From the NCBI GenBank assembly GCA_951406725.2, contig OX597820.1, forward strand, positions 21,576,001 to 21,640,000: a DNA stretch of 64,000 nucleotides, given 5' to 3'. The stretch is from Octopus vulgaris (taxonomy: Eukaryota). The notes beneath the pieces were generated by a model, which was not told the origin of the DNA, did not search any database, and saw only the letters and a program-made list of their open reading frames with translations. Positions 13,939 through 25,605 of the stretch are shown here, one piece after another (position 1 is the stretch's first letter; each line of letters begins with the position of its first letter). A program made the position numbers and the translations under genes.

Positions 13939-14274
13939 TGAGATCCCCTTCGGTCATGACTGACCATGGGATTGCACCTAGAAAGTTACCTTCCCAGGCA
14001 CAAGTCCGGGCAAGGTTGTTTATGGAAGACCAGCAGTCGCCCATGCATACCGGCCTCCCCTCTCCACGCCACTAGTGTTATCCAAGGGAAAGGCAAAGGC
14101 CGGTACAGATTGGCGCCTGTGACGTCGCAATTCATTTCTACAGCTGAGTGAACTGGAGCAACGTGAAATAAAGTCTTTTGCCCAAGAACACAACAAACAG
14201 CCCGGTCCGGGATTCGAACTCACAATTTCACGATCGTAAGCTCGACGCTCTAACCACTGAGTCATGCGCCTTCA
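13939..14274 (-). mobile_element. tRNA-derived SINE (family D) with ttcttgggcaa...atttcacgttgctccagttcactcagctg core
   Basis: Head gaaggcgcatgactcagtggttagagcgtcg...gagttcgaatcccggaccggg; flanks agttgtaaagtat / agttgtaaactat. Confidence 0.8.
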
Positions 14275-14292
14275 CAAGTTGTAAACTATATC

Positions 14293-14525
14293 TATTTCTT
14301 TACTACCCACAAGGGGCTAAACACAGAGAGGACAAACAAGGACAGACAAACGGATTAAGTCGATTATATCGACCCTAGTGCGTAACTGGTACTTATTTAA
14401 TCGACCCCGAAAGGATGAAAGGCAAAGTCGACCTCGGCGGAATTTGAACTCAGAGCGTAGTGGCAGAAGAAATGCCGCTAAGCATTTCGCCCGGCGTGCT
14501 AACGTTTCTGCCACCTCACCGCCTT
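14293..14525 (-). mobile_element. SINE family B monomer with ~19 bp TSD
   Basis: acaagttgtaaactatatc (14274-14292) / acaacttgtaaattatatc (14526-14544). Confidence 0.9.
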
Positions 14526-15632
14526 ACAACTTGTAAATTATATCAACAGAATAAAAGCAATGTAGGATGACGCTAGAAAATTATGTATTCTAAGTATGAC
14601 ACTGACTTAAGGGTAATATTAAAAACTGGATCTAGTTTTTTTTTATGGATCCGTTTCCATGAAATTTTGTGTCAGTTAAAAAAGAAAAGGAAAACGCAAA
14701 GAAAAAAATGTTTGCCTTATTTAGGATAAACTAAATAGATACATGATTCACGAATAAACTGTTTCAATGTGTGTTCCTGGCGTGTGGTAAGTAGATTAAT
14801 AACTTGTTTACTGCTATATCCTTTTTCTAACTGATATTTGATACCGACTTTACTGTTTATCAGCAGCCATACTTTATATGTGAGGAAGATAGAATACTTC
14901 TAGTTTAACCTGTCACTACCCCTTCCCCACGAAAGATGTAACACTTACAGACTTTAGCCAGATATAAGGTAATATGTTGTGGGGTGTTTTTGATAATAAA
15001 AAAATTGTTACAATGGAATATATTTATTGAAGTTTCCATGAATCTGTGCTTTTTTTTTTTTAACCCAAATTGATTTTAACGATTTTTTTTGTTTTGCTTT
15101 AATTCCAAATTTAAAATAAGTAACCGTTCGTCCTATTACATTCTTACAAAATACGAAACAACAATTCATAAGACTATATTATTTTGTAAATAAACAGATA
15201 ACGAATCTGCGCTCCCCCACGCCGTCCCCGCGCTGCTACAGGCAACAGCTATGATGGATGAGGGGAACCCCCTCGCAAATATGGGCTGATTACCTTTCTG
15301 TGCTACATTCCCAATTCCAACAAATTAATGTGTGCGTGTGTTTAAGGCCTTCTCGTTTTTCTTACCTAATTCAACGTTCGTTACCTTTTATAGAGGTAGC
15401 CTGAACTAAGTCACGCAGGTTTTCTCGGTCTAATTCTCTTTTGTGAAAGTAACAAGATATGTTCTAGTTATAAGAAACAAGGATTTCTTGCACAGGCACT
15501 TTACTTTCTATATCGGGTGCGGGGCTGAGGGAGATTATAGGTGTATGACTTTTTAATGAAGTGTAAAATAGATGCAACTGAGAACCGAAACTGTTGGGCG
15601 AAAACCGTAAGTCCCAAGCAGTGTGCTATTAT

Positions 15633-15940
15633 GTGGAGGCACATGGCCTAGTGGTTAGAGCAGCGGACTCGCGGTCAAGGGATTGCGGGTTCGAATCTCA
15701 GACCGGGCGATGTGTGTTTTTATGAGCGAAACTCCTAAGCTCCATGTGGCTCCGGCAGAAGGTAATGGAGAACTTCTGCTGACTCTTTCGCCACAACTTT
15801 CCCTCACTTTTTCCTCCTGCATCTTGCAGCTCATCTGCGACGGACCGGCGTCCCGTCCAGGTGGGGAACCTATACGCCATGGAAACCGGAAAACTGGCCC
15901 TTATGAGCCAGGCATGGCTCGAGAAGGAACAAACAACAAA
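15633..15940 (+). mobile_element. SINE family C with imperfect 14 bp TSD
   Basis: Matches 6733-7040 inverted; flanks cagtgtgctattat / cagagtgcaattat. Confidence 0.9.
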
Positions 15941-16275
15941 CAGAGTGCAATTATCTTCGGATACACTGGAACTGATGCTGGTTTGAAGAGTAAATTGTAA
16001 CTGCATTACACTGATGTTACATTGTCCTATTTTTACAAAACCAAAAGTAAAGAAAAACGTTGTAGCATCTCTTGATGAGAATTTTATTCTTTTTGCTTTA
16101 CAACAATAAAGTAAAATGAAATATAATTTAATTAGTCTTTCTTTTCTTCCTTCTTTGCGTCACGATCTCCAAGAGTCTTAAGACAGGATTTCAACCCGAT
16201 TCCCATGGTGTATAAGTGACTGAGATCACATTGCTCCAAACTGAACGTTGGTCCGTCACAGAGTTCCTTTTAGTC

Positions 16276-16604
16276 CTGTGGTCCCCAACAATTTTTTCTC
16301 TATGGGTCCCTTTGATTACTGTTTTATTCTGGTGGACCCCATAAGCATTCGATGTTAAAAAACTAGTTTTATAGAAACCTGTGTAGGTTGAACTATGGAA
16401 AACGTTAGAGAAAGACACCCTGTTGTTTCTTGCCAATCATATCAATACATACATATAAAACATACCAATACATACACCTAAAACAACAATTCTTTAGCAG
16501 CCCTTAAAATACTACCGTGGCTCTCCAATTTACTATTTGTTGCATGGACCCCCCAAAATCTATGGGTCCTCGGGGACCATATGGACTCCGGTTGAGAACC
16601 ACTG
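16276..16604. mobile_element. hAT (Charlie-like) MITE
   Basis: TIRs ctgtggtccccaac / gttgagaaccactg; repeated ggaccc motifs; body shared with 4078-4330. Confidence 0.72.
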
Positions 16605-17567
16605 CTTTAGCTTTTCTTTAGATTCAAGTTAATATTTGTGAAAATTATTGTAACTATAAGGCCAATTTTAAGATCATTGATTAAGCTAATTCATTAGTTG
16701 CGAATATATTACAGTCCCGGAAACTTCATATATTATTTTTCGTTTATTCCCATATTCTTCTGACTCCGCGTGGACTTTATAAGCAGTTTTGGTTTAGATA
16801 CAACACGTCTGCACGGATCAGCGAGTGATTAGCATTATACGACTTTAATAAAAAATGCAACAAACCACAAGATTATCAAAGGAAGCAAATGAATGCCTTA
16901 AATAGTTCTGTTTCGTTTTCATTAATAGCAATACTAGGGAAAGACCCTAATGTTAGTTGTGGTTTCTTCACTCTTGTTAAAAAGCTGCATTACATCTTAC
17001 ATTAAAGTTTAGAAGTTCTCTCTTAATTTTCGTGTGAACAAAGTTTAGTGAAACGAGAGTATGTAACGATCAATGGACTTTTATACTAAGTATCCTAATC
17101 TGAAATTCAATAACAGAACAGCCAGTGAAATATAAGTCGGCTTAACCATTCCGATACTTAGTTTTTGGCAATGAAAAAGGGCTCTTTTAGGTTTTATATA
17201 TAGTTACCAAATGAAGAAGATGCAGTTGCAACTAGCAGGGGCGGTGGGCTTATATGGATTATCCCATCAGTTAGATGAAGGAAATACAGATAGAGATTAC
17301 TGTATATAAAATACTCTAATACAATACTAATCTGAGAGTGATTATTGAAATATACTTATGGAAATCTTCCGTTACATTATTTAAGAAAGCAAAATTCTTG
17401 TTTAGCAATCCAGCAGACAAGTGTATTTCAACAGACACAGATTTGAGTAAATTATCTGTTATTTCGATATCGTTAATACGTATTCTTAAATAGCTAGAAA
17501 TAGATTGTATGTAGTTCAATTTTTTTCAAAAGAATCCGACATATATGTTAGGGGTGCAATTATATAT

Positions 17568-17611
<44 letters not shown>

Positions 17612-18554
17612 TCAAGTTTGGCCTATAGTTTAAGATATCGACCGGAAATGAAAATAAAAAAGATACAAAACAACAAGAGTTACATTGAAGCAAATTACAG
17701 GTGTGCTTCAAAAAAATTAGAATATACAAAAATTAGATATTTGTTATCATTTAAGTAAAAACGTCAAAATTTCATTTGTATTAAGGCTAAATTTAAACTG
17801 ATCTATTCCCAGTAACATTTATTGTTTCCACGCAGGGATCATTACAAAAAGAACTAGTGGCCAAAATGGAGTCTCAGCAATCAGATACGCCTTTATCAAG
17901 ATGTCATCTGGGTTTCCATCGCACCTAAGCTGCGTCACAGATTAAGTTACCTATTCCAATAAAGGACGTTTTCTGGGGATTAGTAAACTTAAAGAAACTC
18001 CAGCTAAGTATTGACTGACATTCTTAACCACCTCTCTAACTTTGACATGATATTCTTTTCTCATAATGTTTTTGAGTGTTCAGATAGTGTTACATTGTAA
18101 TAAGTGGCAATGCTAATCGGACGCAACCAGAGTCAGTCAAGCCTGCGTGATTCAACCCCGGCTGGGTTGCCTATGTAAGCCCCGAAATATCTAATGACCC
18201 CCAAGAAACATCACTGACGATATGTCAAGGTGCATCACATAATGATGTAAGGAAAAATTGAGATATTAGATTTTAAATGATCCCTGTGAGGTCACCGTAA
18301 ATTGTAGCTTATATCAACAAAATGCTGGATGAAAATCAATTTAGATTTTTGAGCGCGTAATATTAATTTATAATCTTGACGTTAACTGACAAAAAACATC
18401 TGAGATTCACTTCAATGCAATCTTGACTTGAGACAAGAATCACAGAACAAATCTGTAGTTATTTCTTTCGGAAGTATGAAAGAGGGTGTTGTGACAACCG
18501 TGATATTTTTGTTGTTGTTTTTTAACCTACGGACCCTATGAACATACAGAGAAA

Positions 18555-18856
18555 TTACTCCAACTCAGATCGTAAAGACGGACGAAATGCTGCTAAGCAC
18601 TTTGTCCAGCATACTAACGATTCTCATTTCTTTATTGCCCACAAGGGGCTAAGCATAGAGGGGACAAACAAAGACAGACAAATGGATTAAGTCGATTACA
18701 TCGACCCCAGTGTGTAACTGCTACTTAATTTATCAACTCTGAAAGGATGAAAGGCAAAGTCGACCTCGGCGGAATTTGAACTCAGAACGTAGCGGCAGAC
18801 GAAATACCGCTAAGCATTTCGCCCGGCGTGCTAGCGTTTCTGCCAGCTCGCCGCCT
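18555..18856 (-). mobile_element. SINE family B monomer plus adjacent fragment, ~70 bp into the intron after the twitchin exon
   Basis: Near-identical to 14293-14525. Confidence 0.88.
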
Positions 18857-18922
18857 TTCGCCATCTACTAATAAGAACTCAAACTCTTTACATGAATCAT
18901 GTGATAATAATATTCTACTTAC

Positions 18923-19232
18923 CAAGATTCAGATTGATTGTCGCTGATACCTCTCCCAGTTTGTTCTTTGCTACCACCTTGTATGTCCCAGCATCCTCTT
19001 TGCTTACATTAAATAGATCCATGATGACATTATAGGTAGGGCCTCCTTTAGGTTCCAAGCGCATTTTCAGCTTGTCTGAAGGATTTAATGGTGTAGTTCC
19101 AAGAAACCATTTTATTTCTGGTTCTGGAGACGCTTCCAAAACACATAAGAATACGAGTTTCTTTCCCCCGTTTTCCTGCTTCAATGTGGGCTTTTGTGTA
19201 AAGCGGGGTGCTACGTCATCCCCGACACCCAT
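18923..19232 (-). CDS. unc-22: First coding exon of a twitchin/projectin-like giant muscle protein (start codon + N-terminal I-set Ig domain); gene continues towards lower coordinates
   Basis: Translation MGVGDDVAPRFTQKPTLKQENGGKKLVFLCVLEASPEPEIKWF...DAGTYKVVAKNKLGEVSATINLNL has the I-set hallmarks (P.F, C..., W, D.G.Y...A.N..G) and resembles the MGV..D.AP.F..KP.L.Q..G..L.F.C N-terminus I recall for twitchin/projectin. Good Kozak context (aagATGG). Donor CTT G|GTAAGT at 18922 (phase 1, 310 coding nt). The track's terminal GK* is intron read-through. Confidence 0.9.
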
Positions 19233-19265
19233 CTTGGTATTTTATTATCCACTAGCCGTTGGAAA
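19233..19265 (-). other. 5' UTR part of the ATG-containing exon, preceded by a splice acceptor
   Basis: The minus strand reads ttttttttttttctcttttcag|tttccaacggctagtggataataaaataccaagATG: strong polypyrimidine tract and AG at 19267-19266. Two in-frame TAA stops lie before the ATG, so upstream exon(s) are non-coding. Confidence 0.8.
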
Positions 19266-19348
19266 CTGAAAAGAGAAAAAAAAAAAATCTGTTACATTCA
19301 TATGACTTGTAGTTTGAATACATTTTTAAAACAATAATTCGTTTAATT

Positions 19349-19655
19349 GGTGGCACATGGCCTAGTGGTTAGGGCAGCGGACTCGCGGTCGAGGGATCGC
19401 GGGTTCGAATCTCAGACTGGGCGATGTGTGTGTGTGTTTATGAGCGAAACACCTAAGCTCCACGCGGCTCCGGCATAAGGTAATGGTGAACCTCTGCTGA
19501 CTCTTTCGCTATAACTTTCTCTCACTCTTTTCTCCTGCATCTTGCAGCTCACCTGCGACGGGCCGGTGTCCCGTCCAGGTGGGAAACATATACGCCAAGG
19601 AAACGGGAAACCGGCCCTTATGAGCCAGGTATGGCTCGAGAAGGAACAAACAACA
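19349..19655 (+). mobile_element. SINE family C, ~80 bp from the twitchin exon acceptor
   Basis: Matches 15633-15940; flanks aattcgtttaatt / aattcttttaatt. Confidence 0.9.
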
Positions 19656-21598
19656 ATTCTTTTAATTAGCCACAAAAATAATCGATGAAATAATGCCTGT
19701 CGATCTTGGTACATAATTTCTTAAATTTCATTCACAGGGGCTACGTTTATCACTAGACAGAGCATAAAGTCAGTCTCCTTTTCGGGGGGCAATTCGATTA
19801 TATGGCGCTGAACAAGTTTTAAAAGATGGAAAATTGTTGTCGTTCAAACTCTGGGCTGAAAAAAAATAAGTCGTAAACTACTACTTAGTCATTTTTTTTT
19901 AAAGTTCGTTTGGTCAAGAGAAAAGGCCCTTCAAAGGGCCTCTAAAATTGGTGGAAGTGATTACAATAGCGATCGGCTTAAGGTAACCAATGAACCGAGT
20001 GGTGATGTTTAGCTGAGCAATGGATTAAGTCTGCCAGCCAAGTAGGTCACGGCAAGATCAAACCCAAAATGCAACGGGGCGTAATAAATATCACAAGGCA
20101 TCTGGTTTGATATTGTGATAGATTGGATGCCACGTGAATTGTTTGCCCCAATATGTGAAGAATGGAATAGTGGAACTGTCTCTCACCGACTGGATGAACG
20201 GTAACTTTGATCTCGGAGGGATTTGAACTCAGCACATCGAGAATCAAAGCAAATAATCCAAAGTATTTATTCTATCTGGTACCCTAACGGCCCTCCAGTT
20301 TGTTGCCTTTTACTGGGATATTGTTTTTTTTTATTGATGCAAAGATCAGAATTCTCTCGACGTTGCTGACATTTTAAAATTTTACATTAATTTTTGATTT
20401 AATTCTATAGAAAATAAAACACTTGTCCATGATGCCACGCTCTGGAATCGGATCTCGAACCTCGTCGTTGCGAATTGAACATTTTTAGCATTTGGCTATG
20501 CTCATGTCCTCACAAAAATAGTTTCCCAGCATCCTAAAAATATCTCTTGTGACTATGAACTTGCAATATGCAACCTGTCAGTTCACACAAACTTATACAC
20601 GATCCTCCGTAAACGATCTCGTCTTACGTTGTTAAAGAATTTGTTATAATATAAGATAGTTTTGCAAAAATGTGTCTTCTACTCATAAGTATTTTTCTCT
20701 GGGGTTACCTAACTACGGGCATAATATTCACGATACACTTTCGGTAAGGGAGACGCACTAGCTGCGTAATTCTACACAAGATCATTTAGAATCTATATTA
20801 AGATTTGCTTCCTCTTCCAAGTGTAGAAATAGTGATATGTCGCGATAGTCGAGAGACAGTTACTTTTATCTTATACAGATAAACTATAAAGACATTCTTA
20901 AAATACAATACTTCTTCAATATTAATAAGAAGGAATTGTACAAGTTTGACATATACAGCTCGATACTTATAGCATTAGTAATTGGTATTTTGCTAGTTCA
21001 TAGTTATATGAGTTCCTTGAAGATAGTAAACTACATTCAACTTGGAATGTCTTTGCACATATAGGAATGACTGATGGAACATGAAGATCATAATGTCTTT
21101 GTGTGGTGAAGAATCTTTGTCAGACCATGGATCGTTTGTTTCTGAACAAATTTTTTTTTTTTGAGGAAAGTTATATTAGCAGAGTAAAATAATTTTTCTT
21201 TCTAATTTTGGCACAACGCCAGTAATTTCGAGGGTAAAGTCGATTACATCGACCCCAGTTCTTACCGAATACTATTTTATTGATCCAGAAAGGAAGGAAT
21301 GGAAGGCATTTGAACTCGGGACATAAAGAGCCACGGAACATTTTATCAGGCACTCTAACGATTCTGCTAGATTGGCGAATTAGCAAAATCAGATACTTGA
21401 AGCTTGACTTGATATTTACTTTTATACACGTGAAGTCAATATTAAGGCAACCTCAACCGCGGTAAGCTGATAAAACTGAAACGGGTTTAGAGTGGAGCTA
21501 TCGTACAGAGAGTTGTTAAAATTCATTACTAGCTCAACTGATTTGAATCTGCCAGTTTCCTGTCGATTTCATTACCACAACACTTAATTATCAATACC

Positions 21599-21831
21599 TA
21601 TTTCTTTACTACCCACAAGGGGCTAAACACAGAGAGAACAAACAAGGACAGACAAACGGATTAAGTCAATTACATCGACCCCAGTGCGTAACTAGTACTT
21701 ATTTAATCGACCCCGAAAGGATGAAAAGCAAAGTCGACCTCGGCGGAATTTGAACTCAGAACATAGCGGCAGACGAAATACTGCTAAGCATTTCGCCCGG
21801 CATGCTAACGTTTCTGCCAGCTCGCAGCCTT
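21599..21831 (-). mobile_element. SINE family B monomer with 15 bp TSD
   Basis: ttaattatcaatacc at 21584-21598 and 21832-21846. Confidence 0.9.
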
Positions 21832-21868
21832 TTAATTATCAATACCGTGACTTGGGAGTACCTTAGGG

Positions 21869-22175
21869 CAAGGTATTTCAAAGTGGGTTCTGAAAAAAAC
21901 CCAGGGTCCTTTGAAAATATTTCTAGGATTCTGTGAAATATGATCTTTCTTTATAAAATTTAATTAAAGTCTATAATATAAAACACATGATATCCATTAT
22001 ATTAAAAAGAATCAGCCATTTTCTCTCTGGTACAGTTTTTGTTTCATTGAATGTTTTATTGAAATAAAGGTAGTATAGGGGCATCCGTAAAATATAGGTG
22101 TGGGTTTCGCGACTTTTGGAAAATTGCTTAGTGATTTCTGCGCCAAAATGTTTTTTTGGAATTTGGGAACGGCTG
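21869..22175. mobile_element. Degraded hAT-like MITE
   Basis: Ends caaggtatttcaaagtggg / tttgggaacggctg. Confidence 0.45.
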
Positions 22176-22582
22176 CTTAGATGATAGCAGAAGAAATTTG
22201 TGAATTCCTAATCTTACTGTCTTGACTTACTTTCTTTACTTATCTCGATCCTATGAACAGATGATTGCAATATGATTATGGCATCTTAATATCAGCAGTC
22301 CGACCACTCCTTGACTTGACACAGTAATTATTACGGAAGACAACGATAAGATGTGTCTACGGACGTAGTAACGTAGGAGTAGACAGGTATGCGAGCAATT
22401 TCTCGTTTATTGACTGTGGTAGGTGATGATCAATGGTTTTGTGAAGAAATCGCATGGACCGTAGATTTAGTCCAACCTCACACACACATACAAAACACAT
22501 ACATGCGCGCGCACATAAACACACGTACGTATGGCATGATGAATGTGAGTGTGTATGCGCGTATTTGCGTGCGTGTGTGGTA

Positions 22583-22615
<33 letters not shown>

Positions 22616-23159
22616 AAATGAGGAAGAGAGAGAGAGAAAAAATGAGGAAGAGAGAGAGAAAGAATGAGGCAGAGAGAGAGAAAGAATGAGGAAGAGAGAG
22701 AGAAATCATGCGACAAAGCGGAAGAACTAGATTCCCTCCCGGAAGCTGCATGACAAATTCATTGAGGCTAAGCAATATTTGTAATCAGTAATTTGTGGGT
22801 TTTTCATTACAAAACTACAGTACTATTTCCGATTCAGTTAGCTGCATTTCATGCAAAAATATTATAATCTTTTTATAACCTACATGAAGCCAGAGTTGAA
22901 CAGCTCGTCATTATATTGTGCTTAAAATCCTAATTAACGTATTAGAATTTACTAATATGATTTTTATAACATCTAAATATTTCAAATTATGTACAAGCAG
23001 TTTACTGTACATGATTTCGTAAATCATAATGTCTAGGAAATATTACTTCGATTTTAAAAAATAGTTTAAACTTATAATCCATTTCAATTATTCTTTTCGT
23101 AACCTCCGGTACCACATTTTTCTCTAATATACCCACTGCTTCTTTGCATTTGAAAATGG

Positions 23160-23330
23160 CCTAGTAGCATTCGTTTTGTCTTTACGTTCTGAGTTCGAAT
23201 TCTGTCGAAGTCAACTTTGCCTTTCATCCTTTCGGGGTCTATAAAATAAGTACTAGTTGAGCACTGGGGTCGAAGTAATCGACTAGCTAAAAATTTCGGT
23301 CTTGTACCTATAGTAGGAAGGATTATTGTT
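23160..23330 (+). mobile_element. SINE family B, alternative tail, 5'-truncated
   Basis: ttctgagttcgaattc...ctttgcctttcatcctttcggggtc...cttgtacctatagtaggaaggattatt. Confidence 0.8.
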
Positions 23331-24562
23331 GTCTTGTGCCTATATTAAAAAAGTTATTATTGTTACAATTTTCAATCTCAGAATATATCTTTTTTTATTT
23401 CTCTGTAACCTTATCATATGAATATCAAGTCCTGCTGTCTTTTAAGCGGTAGTGTAGGATACAAGAAAAATAATTAAGATAGATAACAGTCGATTTCAGC
23501 ACACGAGTTGCGAAAAAATAACACAAGAGAAATGAAAAAATTTCTTCAACTTTGTAAGTTGTATTCGCTTGTGTATTACCTTCGCATATGTTGCAAAATT
23601 TAATTTAATTTCATAAGTTTAATTTGGTTTTTCAATTCAACATTCTTAGCATTTTCTTTTAATTTAATATCGAGACGTGTTCTTGCCAGAGAGAAACGAA
23701 TGAATCATCCTGCCTGTGCTTCTGCATCTTACCTTTGTACATAAACGGTATTGAAAGCGTTCTGATCACATTTCTTATAGTTCCTCCTGATTTAGAGATC
23801 TGCTTTGTCTGCTACTAAAAGCTAACGACACAGACAGCTGGGATATTAAATGTCAAAATTTCAAGTACCAGAAAGGCTGTTAAATCTCCCACCCGAATCA
23901 GATTCGCCGAGCTCATGTATACGTTTGCATGTTCTTAAAATAACAATTAAGCAGAAGTAAGCGATTGTTTTAATTTACTGCTTATTTATGAGATATTTTC
24001 ATAGTTTTTTTTTCTCTCTCTGAAATATGTAGTTTATTAATATAGGTATGTAATATATGCTTATTAATAAAGACGATTATTCTTGTATTTATATAGAGGT
24101 GATAGATATTAATACAGTGTCTTCCATAATTTCTTCCGTGATATTGTTTCTAGCATTCTTTAGGTCGTGAGTACTCCAGTTACACAAAGATCTAGCTGGG
24201 GCTACTCAGAATTGTAATAATATTTTGTATATTCCATAAGTCAGGAAACAATTTTGCTAATTAAAAATCGCGCTGGTACATACCAAATGGATCACAAACA
24301 ATACTAAATAAAAAAAAAAGTTGCTCTATACATGTATAGAGAAAAGAGTCTTTTAGATTAGATTTGAACATTCTGCTAATGTGTAAAATACGATTCAGGC
24401 ATATCATGAAATCTTACTAATACCTGTAATGTACAATGTCATTCCAAACTTATTCAATTAGAGTTTATCATATTTTAATATGTAAGATCAAAATAGATTA
24501 ACAATTGCAATGGAACGTAACGGCAATTTTACCAACAATATTCGTAAGCTACGTTATAAAGG

Positions 24563-24820
24563 TGTGGAGGCGCATGGCTTAGTGGCTAGGGTGTCAGCAT
24601 CATGATCGTAAGATTGTGGTTTCGATTCCTGGACCGGGCGATGCGTTGTGTTCTTGAGCAAAATACTTCATTTCGCGTTGCTCCAGTCCACTCAGCTGGA
24701 AAAAATTAGTAACGCTGCGATGGACTGGCGTCCCGTCCAGCTGGGAGACAAATATGCCATTGAAACCAGGAAACCGGGCCCATCAGCCTGGCTAAGCTTT
24801 AAAAGGGCGCATTTATTTAT
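24563..24820 (+). mobile_element. tRNA-derived SINE: D-type core with C-type tail
   Basis: ggaggcgcatggcttagtgg...ggtttcgattcctggaccgggcg...ttcttgagcaa...ccagtccactcagctgg...ggcgtcccgtccag; flanks tacgttataaag / tacattataaag. Confidence 0.85.
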
Positions 24821-25361
24821 TATTACATTATAAAGACATCGTTTCTTCTATAGTATCGAATTAACGCCGTTTCTATCAATTGGAACGGTAACGTCTATCC
24901 GATTGCAACTTTTTTCCTGAGGAATGCAAACAGTTCAAAGCAAACCAAATCTAGCTCTCAGTTTCGATTCCAAGTTGAAACTGCTTTATTGATGCCCTAA
25001 TGCCTCCAGGAAAGGAATAAATATGGGAAGTTAATAGTTTCTCATTAAGGATCATATTTATGTAGCATGGTTTTATTTCTTTATAAATTAAATTAACAAT
25101 TAAAATAAATTAAATTTGAAAGTGAAAGTTAGATGATGTTCGTTGAGTAGATATTATATTTGTCTATCTACGCACGCGCGCACACACACACATACACACA
25201 CACGCACGCACATACACACACACGCACGCACGCATACAATCACACCCACACACTCATACACATGTACGCACGAACACATGTATATTAATTAGAGAAATCG
25301 TTTCCCTAATTAATCATTCACATCTTAAAATAGTTAATTATTTTATTGGCAATCACTAAAC

Positions 25362-25605
25362 TGTGGAGGCGCGTGGCTTAGTGGTTAGGGTGTTGGACTC
25401 ATGATCGTAAGAATGTGGTTTCGATTCCTGGACCGAGTGATGCGTTGTGTTCTTGAGCAAAACACTTCATTTCACTCAGTCCACTCAGCTGGCAATAATG
25501 AGTAACCCTGCGACGGACCGGCGTCCCGTCCAGGTGGGGGAATTTATACGCCACTGAAACCGAGAAACCGGCCCTTATGAACCTGACATGGCTCCAGACG
25601 GAAAC
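25362..25605 (+). mobile_element. tRNA-derived SINE, same family as 24563-24820
   Basis: Same head and core; flanks caatcactaaact / caatcattaaact. Confidence 0.85.

Noticed and set aside
15633-15710. tRNA-Arg gene (also at 6965-7040, 19349-19420, 24563, 25362)
   Set aside because: A and B boxes are present, but the acceptor stem is not closed and the sequence continues into a shared SINE body
18915-18922. Stand-alone 105 aa single-exon gene ending GK*
   Set aside because: The last codons overlap a consensus GTAAGT donor at the Ig domain boundary, so a spliced multi-exon gene is far more likely
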